A stretch of 63,484 nucleotides of DNA, counting the filler. It is 6 parts of 6 records of this genome, joined end to end, with 100 filler letters (N's around TTAATTAATTAA, not from the genome) between each part and the next. Parts side by side here need not be neighbours in the genome. Positions count along the whole stretch, not along the records: positions 18,765 to 33,341 come from SRR20825019_2651; positions 33,442 to 52,164 come from SRR20825019_2652; 4 more parts are not named here. The stretch is one strand, 5' to 3'. The translations under genes were made by a program, and so were the position numbers. Below, piece after piece: positions 30,062 through 40,661 of this stretch (positions are counted from its first letter, which is position 1; each line of letters begins with the position of its first letter). The notes below the pieces were generated by a model, which saw only the letters and a program-made list of their open reading frames with translations, did no database searches and had not been told where the DNA came from.

Positions 30062-32011
30062 TCAGTCAGCTGCCGGTGGAGCTTTTTTCTCCTCCTCAAC
30101 AGGTGCTGCCGGCTCGCTGGCGGCAGGAGCTTCCTCCTTCGGCTTCGTTTCCGGCTCAGCCTCAGTCGATGTGGGCGTTGGTTCAGGAGCCGACTCAGAG
30201 ACCTCGGAAGTTGCCGTCACCGGGGCTGCTTCGACCGCTGGTTCTGATTTTTCAGTCACGGCTGGTTTGGATTTCACCACGGGTGCCTCTTCACGCTTTT
30301 CAGGATAGCTCTCGGTGTCGTGATCGGAGTCCTCAGCGGACTTCTTCTTCGATTCCGGAATCGGCGGCGCCGCAAACAAACGACCATCGATAAACTCCGT
30401 CACATAACCCTCCATGACGAGCCAACGCAGATCGCGCTGCATGCTCGTAAATTTTGCCTTCTGCGCGTCCGTGATCGTTACTTCCTCGGCGGTCTCGCCT
30501 TCCTTCACTTCGCTGCTCGGAGTTTCAATCCCCACAAATTTCGAAGTGAGCTCGCTGACCTTGATCATCGGATTGCTTTCGATGAAAGAGATCAATTCAC
30601 CAATGCTATCGGCAAAGGTCTGACCGGGAACGCGGAACTTCCGCTTCACGGCACACACATAGGAAATGCCCTTGGCGCCCTTTTTAAAAATCGTGAAATG
30701 CTCGCGACGCAAACGACCGCGCAATCCGTTCGCCGTATCCAACGGGAAATGACGTTGGCGATCCAAGGCTCCGCGCACCGCACGTTTAATCTCACTGTCA
30801 GGCATGGTTTCCAACAACCGGCCATGAAAGCGAACCGTTTCCATCGAGCGCACGATTTGCTGACGGGCATTACCAATCAGATGCAACCGCGCGTCCTCTA
30901 TCGTATCAAAGGTCAAACCAGCGGGCGTTGCTGGAACCGGTTCGGCGGCCGCCTCATCCGCTTTCACCTCTTCAGGTGCCGCAGCTGATTCGCCGGAGTT
31001 AGGTTCTTCGGGAGTCGCTTCCGTCACCGTCTCAGTAGCGACGACCTCCTCAGCAACAGTCTCAGCTGGTGCCTGTTCGACCGGCGCGACCTCTTCCTTC
31101 GATTCCGGCTTGGCGGCGGCTTCACTGGCAGACTTCGGAGTTTCCTCGGTCTTCCACGTGAAACGGGTGACCTTCTTCATCTGCTCCGTCCATTGGGTGA
31201 CCACTTCGGGATCGCGCACGGATTCGATGCGATTACGAAACGCCTCAAGGGACATCCCCTTGATCTGCGTCGCGAAGTGCTGCTGCACGAATTGATTGTA
31301 ACGGTGGTAATTCGGTGGGCCGAGCAATGCTCCCGTGACGCCGCACTTGTTGATCACCTGGAAATTGCCCGTCGGGGCATCCACCTCGACTTCTTCGGTC
31401 GTGAAGAAACGATCAAGATGATGAGCCATCACGTGATTGATGACTTCCTCTTCACTTTCAAACGGCATGCCGTCGGGCACGGAAATATAGAGAGGTGTCT
31501 TATCCTTTCCACCGTCTTTTCCACGACGTGTAAGCACGACGATGAAACGGTCCTCTTTCTGAACGACCGTCTTCGCAATTTCAAAGAGCTCAATCGTCCG
31601 GCAGGAGGCGCGAATTGTTTTGGCCAGCGCCTCGAAGCTGTTGTCTTCGGGATAAAAACTCGTCGTGAAATACGGACTGTCGTAAGGCCCTTGAAAATGA
31701 GGCGCCCCCCGACCGGCAAATTGCCCTTCCCCACGATTGCCACCACCCTGCGCATCACGGCGCGGACGGCGATCCGCGCCACCGCGATCACGACGGTCAC
31801 CGCCGCCACCATCGGGCTTGCGAAACCCACGACGATCACGACGAGGGGCCGTGCGATCATCACCACGAGGACGTCTATCTTGGGACTGCTTATCGGACGG
31901 GGAGGATTTATCCTGTGTCCATTGCGTGCCGAAGCTAAAATCCTGCAGTTGGTTGAGGTCTAGTTTGTTAAAATCCTTTTCAGAATTTTCTTGAGGAGCT
32001 TTGTCGTCCAT
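30062..32011 (-). CDS. Hypothetical protein, 649 aa, with RG-rich N-terminus and Glu/Ala/Pro-rich linkers
   Basis: Long ORF with coding-like composition; ordered blocks (CGVTGALLGPPNYHRY, DLRWLVMEGYVTEFIDG). No family recognised. Confidence 0.85.
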   Translation of the reverse strand: MDDKAPQENSEKDFNKLDLNQLQDFSFGTQWTQDKSSPSDKQSQDRRPRGDDRTAPRRDRRGFRKPDGGGGDRRDRGGADRRPRRDAQGGGNRGEGQFAGRGAPHFQGPYDSPYFTTSFYPEDNSFEALAKTIRASCRTIELFEIAKTVVQKEDRFIVVLTRRGKDGGKDKTPLYISVPDGMPFESEEEVINHVMAHHLDRFFTTEEVEVDAPTGNFQVINKCGVTGALLGPPNYHRYNQFVQQHFATQIKGMSLEAFRNRIESVRDPEVVTQWTEQMKKVTRFTWKTEETPKSASEAAAKPESKEEVAPVEQAPAETVAEEVVATETVTEATPEEPNSGESAAAPEEVKADEAAAEPVPATPAGLTFDTIEDARLHLIGNARQQIVRSMETVRFHGRLLETMPDSEIKRAVRGALDRQRHFPLDTANGLRGRLRREHFTIFKKGAKGISYVCAVKRKFRVPGQTFADSIGELISFIESNPMIKVSELTSKFVGIETPSSEVKEGETAEEVTITDAQKAKFTSMQRDLRWLVMEGYVTEFIDGRLFAAPPIPESKKKSAEDSDHDTESYPEKREEAPVVKSKPAVTEKSEPAVEAAPVTATSEVSESAPEPTPTSTEAEPETKPKEEAPAASEPAAPVEEEKKAPPAAD

Positions 32012-32170
32012 GGAGGCGAAGCGGATGGGGTTTATCCGCGGTAGTTTACTTGGTGTTCTGTGCTGAAGTTAAGGTCGTCGAGAGTGTCCATGCTAGCGAG
32101 GCTATGACGCAAGCGATTTCACGACGCTAAAATTGAGGTCAATCAGGTGATAATTCCGGTCAAATCCAAC

Positions 32171-33193
32171 CTAATACCTGATGTCTTCATTCGTAGGTAG
32201 CGGAGCCTGATATTGATAACCCGGTTCACTTTCCTGCCGTCGGAGAATCGCCCCGATCTCGCGCCAAGTGGCAATCAGGCCGACCGGTGAAGGCGGCAAG
32301 TCGTATTCAATGGCTTCATGCAGTCGCTTCAAATGATAACAGGGCACGGCCGCATACATGTGATGCTCGGTGTGGAAATTCATCTGCCAATAAATGAAAC
32401 GAAGCAGCGGGTTCAGAATAATCGTGCGGCTGCACAGCCGGAAATCAGGCACATTATCCTGCAAGCCCACGTGCTGTGTGTTGTTGCAAAGGAAGAACAA
32501 CCAACCGCCATAAAATGAACCGAAGGTCACGAGCACCGGAATAATCCAGAACCCCAGAGCTATTGAAATAATCGTGATCAAAGCATGACCGATTAGCAGA
32601 GTTCGTGCCCAGCTCACCGGAGGTTTTCGCAAATCGGGTTTTTCCGGCGGGTAACAAAACAGCTCCCAGGGAGTTTCCATTTTCCCACGGGCAATGCGCA
32701 GCGTGTATTTCATCACCCACCACAGTCCTTTCAGATTGATGAACCCGTAGTGCAGGAAATCCCGCTTGAGAATCTTGACGGGGAGCATCACCTCCTGATC
32801 GTCGGGTGGATGCAGAGTGTGGCGATGATGACGCTGATGACTGGAGATAAATATCTCATAATTGATCCAGCCGAGAAACGAAACGACCTTCAGAAAGAAC
32901 ATATTCAGGGCCTTGGTTTTAAACACCGTGCCATGCTCCAATTCGTGCATCCCGTTAATGTGAAAATTAGACACCATCCCATGCAGAAAAACGAGGACCA
33001 CCGTCACATACCAGGGCCACTCCCAGGCCCATGAACAGAATGCGAGGGTCGCGGTGCCCGCGATGATCGCGAGGAACCCACCCGTCTGCACCCATCCACG
33101 CCAATCACTGCGTTGATGCAGTTCCTTGAACAGCTTGGAGGACAGCGGCGAACGATACCAATCGATCACCGGAGGGGTGCGTTTTTCTGCCAT
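32171..33193 (-). CDS. Membrane fatty-acid desaturase family protein
   Basis: Three His boxes (HELEH, HQRHH, HTEHH) plus TM segments. Confidence 0.92.
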   Translation of the reverse strand: MAEKRTPPVIDWYRSPLSSKLFKELHQRSDWRGWVQTGGFLAIIAGTATLAFCSWAWEWPWYVTVVLVFLHGMVSNFHINGMHELEHGTVFKTKALNMFFLKVVSFLGWINYEIFISSHQRHHRHTLHPPDDQEVMLPVKILKRDFLHYGFINLKGLWWVMKYTLRIARGKMETPWELFCYPPEKPDLRKPPVSWARTLLIGHALITIISIALGFWIIPVLVTFGSFYGGWLFFLCNNTQHVGLQDNVPDFRLCSRTIILNPLLRFIYWQMNFHTEHHMYAAVPCYHLKRLHEAIEYDLPPSPVGLIATWREIGAILRRQESEPGYQYQAPLPTNEDIRY

Positions 33194-33341
33194 AGCCCCA
33201 AGGCCGTAAATCTCACCTCACCCCAATGCAAGTGCGTTAATCGTATTTGGAAATATCGAGTCACCTCCCTGCGGTCTGAGCTCATTCCATCGCCCATTGG
33301 GTCCCGTCCCTTGCCTCTCGTGCGTTTGGTCAACCTGACCG

Positions 33342-33441
33342 NNNNNNNNNNNNNNNNNNNNNNNNNNNNNNNNNNNNNNNNNNNNTTAATTAATTAANNN
33401 NNNNNNNNNNNNNNNNNNNNNNNNNNNNNNNNNNNNNNNNN
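33342..33441. other. Artificial contig spacer
   Basis: N-run with TTAATTAATTAA. Confidence 0.98.
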
Positions 33442-33790
33442 CCCCCCCCCCCCCCCCCCCCTCCCCCCGCGCCTGAGGGTCTTACTCTCGTCTCACTAGC
33501 CAACGACCCCCTTCCTCTGTCCGGTCAGTCCATCCGGCTCAGTGACCCGGACTGGCAGCCTGTTGTCCGCCGGCGTGCTAGGGATTTGTTATCGTCTCCC
33601 TCGCCTACTAGTCGCCAGTGCACATGAACAGCTGGCTGCCTTGATCATCAGTCAGGGAGCCGCCACGGTAGTTACCAGAACGGCGGCCAGACAGACGCCA
33701 AGCGGAGTGGGCGTAAGATTCCCATGACGGGCTACACCGACTCAAACATAAATATCTATTCGTGTCGTCTATACGCCGAACGCAGCGAGA

Positions 33791-36700
33791 ATGGTCTCCG
33801 AGGGAGGTAGTGGGCCTCCCGTCAGGCCAAAAAGCGCCGGGCGGAGAGTATTGGGGTTGGATAAACTACGGCGGGAGTTGGAAACAAAACAGGTCCCCAA
33901 TTTTTTTTTTGGTTCAAAAGGTTTGCTCCTCTGACTTCCCTAACAGCAAGGACACGATGCTGCAATTAGATTGAGATCGTACTTTTCTGACGTCGCACCC
34001 AGTGTAACCGATGAACATGTGAAGAATGAGTGCAGGTGCCGTGTAGTGGTTCCTGGTTTAAGGTGTTGCTGACTTGACTTTGGTACAGGCATGTCTACAA
34101 CATCCTTAAACACAATACTGACCCGGAAGATGGTAATTCGCGCAAGTGGTGCTAACGACTGATATATTAACCTAGTCCCAGCGGAGGTGGAGGAGCAGCT
34201 GGTGCCCCAATTGATGACTCTCGCCGACGATATGTTGGACTCTCTACTTGGTGGCTCCGAGTATGAGGAGTACACACTTGAAGCACAGGCGGAAGGAGGA
34301 GATGTGTTCCAGGTATTTGTCCGTGGAATTGACTGGTGTATTTGCTGATATGGTGACAAGTGGGGTGACATGGGTCGCGGGTCATGTGCCGGCTTGGATA
34401 CTGAGAGCCCAACACCAATGCGACTCATCGAGTTGACCGAAAAGAAGGTTGTTGAGATCACCAGTGGCCCTGAGCACGCGTGCGCCCGAACCCTCAATGG
34501 AGATATTTATACATGGGGCTGGGGAGGGAATGGGCAACTAGGCCACGGTGACTTGACTTCGATATCCCTTCCACGCCGCCTTCAACAGCTGAATGGCGTG
34601 TGTAAGATAGCATGTGGTGGGAGCCACACTTTGGCCTTGACATTGAAGGGAGAAGTGTACACTTGGGGCACAGGAGCATGCGTCGGCCCTAATGGTAATG
34701 GTGAAGATGCCAAGAGAAGGTATTTGCGGCCGGTGATATTTCGCCAAGGCGATGATCCTAATGCTCCTATCCAGGAGGGAGCCCCGGATAGTTTGGGGAC
34801 TTAAAAATGAGCATGTGGTCAATGTTGCGTGTGGTGCATCGCACTCTCTAGCTCTGACTGAGAATAGCGAGGTCTTCTGCTGGGGAGAGGTTTGTCTCAT
34901 GCGTGTGGTTAAAGTGACATTCGCTGATGATTTCTTCATAGGTGATTCCTGAGCCTGGTAACTCTGCAATCCTATCTGCACCAAAGCGAGTGTCAGGGCT
35001 CCCGTACAGCATCTCAAGCCTCCAGGTACGTATTGGTGACGATCCAATACGTGAGTGGTCTCATTGCGTTCACATTTTTAGGCTGGCCACGGTTTTTGTG
35101 CGGCTCTTACGACGAACGGAGAGTTGTATACATGGGGTTGGGGCAAGGCGGGCCGTCTAGGCCATGGGAACGAGCTCGACAAAAAGAGCCCAGGTGTGTG
35201 TTTGGTTCCATGAATGGCCAAGTGCTGAATCAAACTTTGTGTAGAACGCGTGGGAGGTGCCTTGAAGCGGGAGGTGGTTATAGACGTCAAGTGCGGTAGC
35301 GGTCACACGCTTTGCCTAACAGAAACTGGCCGTCTGTTTAGTTATGGCTTGGGCCATTGTGGTCAGGTATACGTGTACCACGCATGAATCCCCAGTGTAC
35401 TGATCACCTCTTCAGCTGGGGCACGGCCGTGCTTCCAACGAACTGGCTCCTTGTCGGGTCGAAGATATCAACGAGGACGCAAACAAGGTACGATGAGTAT
35501 TCTGAGCCCTGCATTTTCCCGCGGTCTTAATTTAGGCCATTCCATGTGCAGTGTGTGTCAATTGCCACCGGTGATCGCCACTCGATGTGGACCCTGGAGG
35601 ACGGCGCGATGCAGATTTGCGGATATAATGCCTGCAGTGTGGTGGCGGACCGGGTGGTGGGAGCGCGTGTAGAGAAAATGATTCCTGAGAATCTTGCTCG
35701 TCCGACAAACGTGACCGAGGTGAGTATTTGTTGAGATCAGCAGAGCCAATACCTCATCCACTTCTTGACAGATGTCCGGCCGAAGGGTTCTTGGAATGGC
35801 TGGCGGCAGGTCGTTTGCCCTGGTAGTTTGTGCTGAGAGGGCTGATGCGTACGCCAAGAATGTGAGAATGGTGCTCCACGATACTGTATGAACCCCTGAT
35901 TGTGTTGTAGTGCGAGGCCTTTGGAAATGGTGTTGTGAAGGGACTCGCTGGTGAGACAGCCCGTTTCACAATCCAGGCAAGAGATGTACAGGGAGATAAA
36001 ATCAAGGAGGTATCACTATCGCAAAGTCGAGCCGTAGGGAGGAGCTGATGGTTGTGTAGGGCGGGGATCGTTTCCAAGTGAAAGTTTATTCGACATTGCT
36101 AGATGAGGAGGAAACGAACAGGACTGTGAGGATTCGTGATAACGCTGACGGCACATATGGTGTCTCATACTGCCCAAAACAGTAGGCTTTGTTCGCTTCG
36201 TCCGGCGTGCTGCCCAGACTAACCAGGAAATGTCAATAGTGCAAAGAATTACTATGTCGAAGTGACACTGAACGGGGCTCCCATCAGGGGAAGTCCATAC
36301 CATGTTCCTGTCCTCCCCAATGATGTTGCCGCGATGCAGTGCCATGCGGAGGGGCCGGGCGTATCGGGCGGAAAAGCAGGGTACGGTGTAGTACCCGCCG
36401 CGACTAACGTCGGGGTTACTGACTCCTTTTTTCAGTCGGCTCATCAATTTCAAAATATTCAGCCGGGACGCATACGGAAATGCCGTCCCCGCGAAGGGTC
36501 TGCAGTTCGTTGTGTGCCTTCATGGCCCATGTGACCTCAAGGGCATGGTCAAGGACAACAATGATGGAACCTATACCGCCTCGTACAAGGCCGACATTGC
36601 CGGCAAGTACACGATGCATGTCCAGCTCCTAGGATCAAACATCAGCAACAGTCCCAGTACGTTCTTGTATCACACAATGCAAGTGAGTGCTGACCGTATT

Positions 36701-38135
36701 TACAGTGGATGAGGTGTATATCGTCCCTGGTACTGCCCACCCAGGGTCCTGCGTGCTTTCACAGGAGGGATCACTAGAGTGTATGGAGAAATCCAAACAG
36801 CTTGTTCTTGTGTTCACCAAGGATGAATACGGCAACAACTTGACTTCTGGCGGCCAGGTAAGAAGCGATGCGGTTCTTGTCATCACCATTAATCCCTCCC
36901 AGGGCTACACGGCCGTGCTTCACGACACAAAATCTGACAAGAAGGTCGACTGCACTTCGATTGAGGATCAGGTACATCGCAGTAACCATAATGTTCATGC
37001 AATGCTGAAATGATGCAGGGTAACGGGTCGCACGAAATCCATTTCACGCCACCTCACGCTTCTACCTATGAGCTGAGGGTGTACCTATGGGGTCAGCCGG
37101 TGAAGAACTCGCCGCTGAAGGTCATTGCACGGCCGCGCACACCAGAACCTGAGCCAGATCCTGAGCCTGAGCCGGTGGCTAAGGAGCCTTCCTTGGAGGA
37201 GATGACGAAGTACCATTGCGCTAAAATCGTCAAGTCTAATGCCATCCCCTTTGATTACAAGGTAAGCTCTAGGAATGCATTGTCTGGCGCTTGTCTGAAG
37301 GCTGGCTCCGAACCAGGTTCGAAAAACTCATGAAGAGAAGTTCACAATGGTGAAGCAACGCTCTGCCAACTCTATGCGCGTCCCGTCCACACCAGGTGAC
37401 AATTTTTGTAAGTTTGGTAGTTTCCTCTTTTGACAGCCGTTGCAGGCAAGGAGCCTTCGGATGGAGTATCGCTGCCCCGTTGGAATAGCATGGGCAATAA
37501 CCTTGGCCAGAACAATAATGGTGCCGCCGTAAATACGAACATGACGAGCGTCCCGCCCTCGCCCAAACCCCGCGCTTCACTTCCAACCATTGTTGTGAAA
37601 GATAGTGCGAAGAGTGACTCGAAGGTGAACTGGTTGTCGGGTTGAATATCGTTGACTGGACTGATGATCGTATACAGACAAAACGAGTGGAAGTGCCCAA
37701 GACTGGTGCTTCCAGTTCCACCGCGGCTCGGTCCCGTGCCAACAGTGTGCCAAATCTTCAACACGTGTCGTCGCGTATCAACACGGGTCGGGGGTACAAC
37801 ACTGGTGAACTTGAACTCGCAATGCGTGAGACAATGTGCTGAGTTTTTTTTTAGGGGCCGCATCTGAGAAGAAGAAGGCGGATGTGCCTTCAGTGCCTAC
37901 CCAGTCGAAGAGCCGGGAGACCTCCGCATCCCGACGCCCAAGTGTTACTGTGAGTAGCATTTATTCCTTCGACGGATGTCAACAATACTGACTATTTGTG
38001 ATTGCCCAGGGCAAGGCCAGCGCACGATCAGCGCCGACAAGTCCGCGCGAGAAGAAAGGATTCGTGGTAAAGCCAGCCAAGGCAGCCAGGCCGCCCCCTT
38101 TCACGCTCACTGTAGATGAATACGCCCTAGTGTGA
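33791..38135 (+). CDS. Eukaryotic multi-exon protein: RCC1 repeats + filamin/Ig repeats + low-complexity tail
   Basis: Spliced by hand over many ~45-65 nt GT-AG introns. RCC1 repeats: [41 protein letters not shown]. Filamin repeats: [31 protein letters not shown]. Ends EYALV-TGA. The 3' exon structure was only partly traced. Confidence 0.8.
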
Positions 38136-38197
38136 ACACTGCACGAGACCCATACGCGGGGTCTGCACCAGTAAAAGGAAGGCCACCCAGCGCAGAA

Positions 38198-40203
38198 TTA
38201 CGACTTTTCCGAATCGCGGGGTGTTGTTGCAGGGGATTTCATGCCCGGTCGGCGACGGTGCCTCTTTGACTCGCGAATACCCTTAGGTGTTCCCATTGAC
38301 TTGGCCGTTGCTACGTTTGACTTCTGCCGGTCTTGACTGCTCCGGCTAGTCTGGCTTGTGGCCTGGCTCGATTCACCGACATCATCAACAGAGCTCTTCG
38401 AGCGATCACCGTCACAATGTTTCCTAGATGAATCATGGTGTTTGGACTTCCCTTTCTGCGGCGAACGTTTCATGCGTTGCTTCAGCATAGGAACAAAATA
38501 CGTCTTCCGCATTTGTTTAACGCGTTCATTCTTTAGAATGGTGGCGACATCAGGGCGCTGAAGAGAGGCACTTAGCACTCGGCACGCCTAGTGCACTGTA
38601 TAGGCAAACGAACCTTTTTGGGGTCAACCTGTAGCATCCGGCGAATTAGATGCTTGATAGCTGGGTTGTACTTCGTGGATATCTCCTCCAGCATCCCGTC
38701 GACAACGCCTTCCTCAGTCATGATGCGGACACCGAGGAGGCCAGATATGTCGTCACTAATAATGCGGCACGACACCAATTCATATAGCAGGCAGCCCAAT
38801 GCCCACACATCAACCTGCACAGATTAATACGTGCAGCGAGTCGCACCGAGTACCCATACCTGGGTTCCGTATACGTCGCCGGACAGCATCTCAGGTGCCA
38901 TATATGTCTTGGTCCCCGCGGACGTGTATCTTGCACCACTATCATTATACACACGCAAAGGACCTCGCATATGCGCACCTTTGCGTCGCTTGCTCCATTA
39001 CTCTGGCAAGGCCGAAGTCACCAACATGAACACTGTCGTCCAAATCCAAGAAGCAGTTATGGGTCTTAATGTCGCGGTGGATTATGCGCCGGCTTATGCC
39101 ATATCAGCTCCAACTCAATGGAACACTCAATGCACCAGAGCCCCTACCTATGTACAAATTTGAGCGCCTGACATATCTGGAAGAACCACACCATCACTTG
39201 ACGCTCAGGGATTGTTTCATCCCTATCCTGGTATCTGTTGAGCTCTAAGTTAGGCTACTCTGGGCACAAACACGAAGCGCTATACGTACTCGTATATCAA
39301 GCGCTTCAAGTCTCCCGCCTCGTAGTAATCCATCACAATGCACACCTGCAACTCTGTCCTTGTGCTGCAAACACGTTAGCCTCCTCCAAAGGCTGTCCTT
39401 GAGATAAGGTTCACCTGTGCAAAAAGTCTGCCACGTAATTTACAATATATGGGTGCTGCAAATTTTGAAGCTCCCTTGCCTCCCGCTGCAGGAGTCGAAC
39501 GTTAGGAAAGGTCAAAGGGTTCCCCAAATATTGCAGACCTGGGCGTCATTCGCATCGTTCACACTATCTACTTTCACCATCTTCATCACATATCGCATAT
39601 CCTTTTTAGAATCTCCATACTTGCGAACAATTTTCACCTGAAATCATATGTGAGGAATGCCATATTACAGTAGTCCATGCCACTGCTACCGTGCCAAACC
39701 CGCCTCCATGAAGGACTTGATTCTCCTCTTCCTCCAAAAAGAACATTCCCCGGCACCAGTCGCAGGCACAAGACCGCCGGCTTCCGATCTTCCACGCTTG
39801 GAACACTCCGAATAGCGCCTAAAACATTCTCAGATGCAGTTGAAAGCGCCATATTCCGCTGAACCTACCGCAATCAACAGGAAAAGAATGGACATAATGT
39901 TGGCTGGATTAAGTGGCAACGTGATATTCCTTGGTTTGATGGCCCACTCATACCATGATACCGACGACTATCACCAGTTTAAAAGCTGACTCTTGCCAAA
40001 ATATCAAAAACATACCTGGGGAATTTTCGATCCTCCGCCGGTAGGGGTGGGAGAAGGACTACCTTTTTGGAGAGGAGCATCCTCAGCCGAAACAGCAGGG
40101 TGAGAACACGCGGCGAGCTATGGAAACGAAAACTATGTCAGACTGCAACACTCGATAAGAGGACTGATCCTACCAAGACCGCTATTCCGATCACACCGAG
40201 CAT
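38198..40203 (-). CDS. NEK/NIMA-like Ser/Thr kinase with predicted signal peptide and one TM helix, multi-exon
   Basis: Spliced motifs HGGGFGTV, YVMK, QHPYIVNY, IVMDYYEAGDL, IIHRDIKTHN, GDFGLAR, GTKTYMAPE, DVWALGC. The 5' exons join through introns 40118-40173, 39968-40015 and 39819-39868. Confidence 0.8.
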
Positions 40204-40369
40204 GACAAAGAGCCCCTTCGGCGAAGTGTCAAGTTCCCAATAACTAAAGTTGCGTGATATATGAACGGCCCTCACTCCAGGTCCGGGTGCTAGTCTGCAA
40301 TTCTGATGTGAACACGCGAATGGTTGATCTGAGCCTGCCGGCGGACCGGAAAGAGCGACGTTTAGGGCT

Positions 40370-40550
40370 GGCCGTCGGCTCAGTGCCGGCGTGGCAGCGT
40401 CTTTTCGTGACGCACGGCGCGGCCCCCGGGCCCCGCGGCCCGGCCGCGGGTCAGTGAGTCATGCCGGTCACCGGGTGCGGCAGCCGAGCGCCTCACGCCT
40501 CGGCCCGTCGATTCGAGCCAGCACATAATACCCCCGATTGGGGGGAGGGG
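40370..40550. promoter_or_regulatory. GC-rich CCGG island upstream of the kinase gene
   Basis: GC-rich block (ggcccccgggccccgcggcccggccgcggg) about 170-350 nt upstream of ATG 40203. Confidence 0.4.
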
Positions 40551-40661
40551 TTGGAGTGAAAGGAAGTCGTCAGGAAAAATTCAGCACCGGAACAGTGTGG
40601 GACCCGGGATGATATCATTGTCAGAGTTTAGTGTAGTATGAAGCTGATCACTGCTCCTCAG

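Noticed and set aside
31150-31165. parS-like sequence TCTTCCACGTGAAACG
   Set aside because: Two mismatches including the conserved G at position 2, a single copy, and explained by the codons for RFTWK.
33442-33468. Poly-C tract as a telomere or G-quadruplex element
   Set aside because: It lies at a contig edge with no telomeric unit and is probably the cause of the assembly break.
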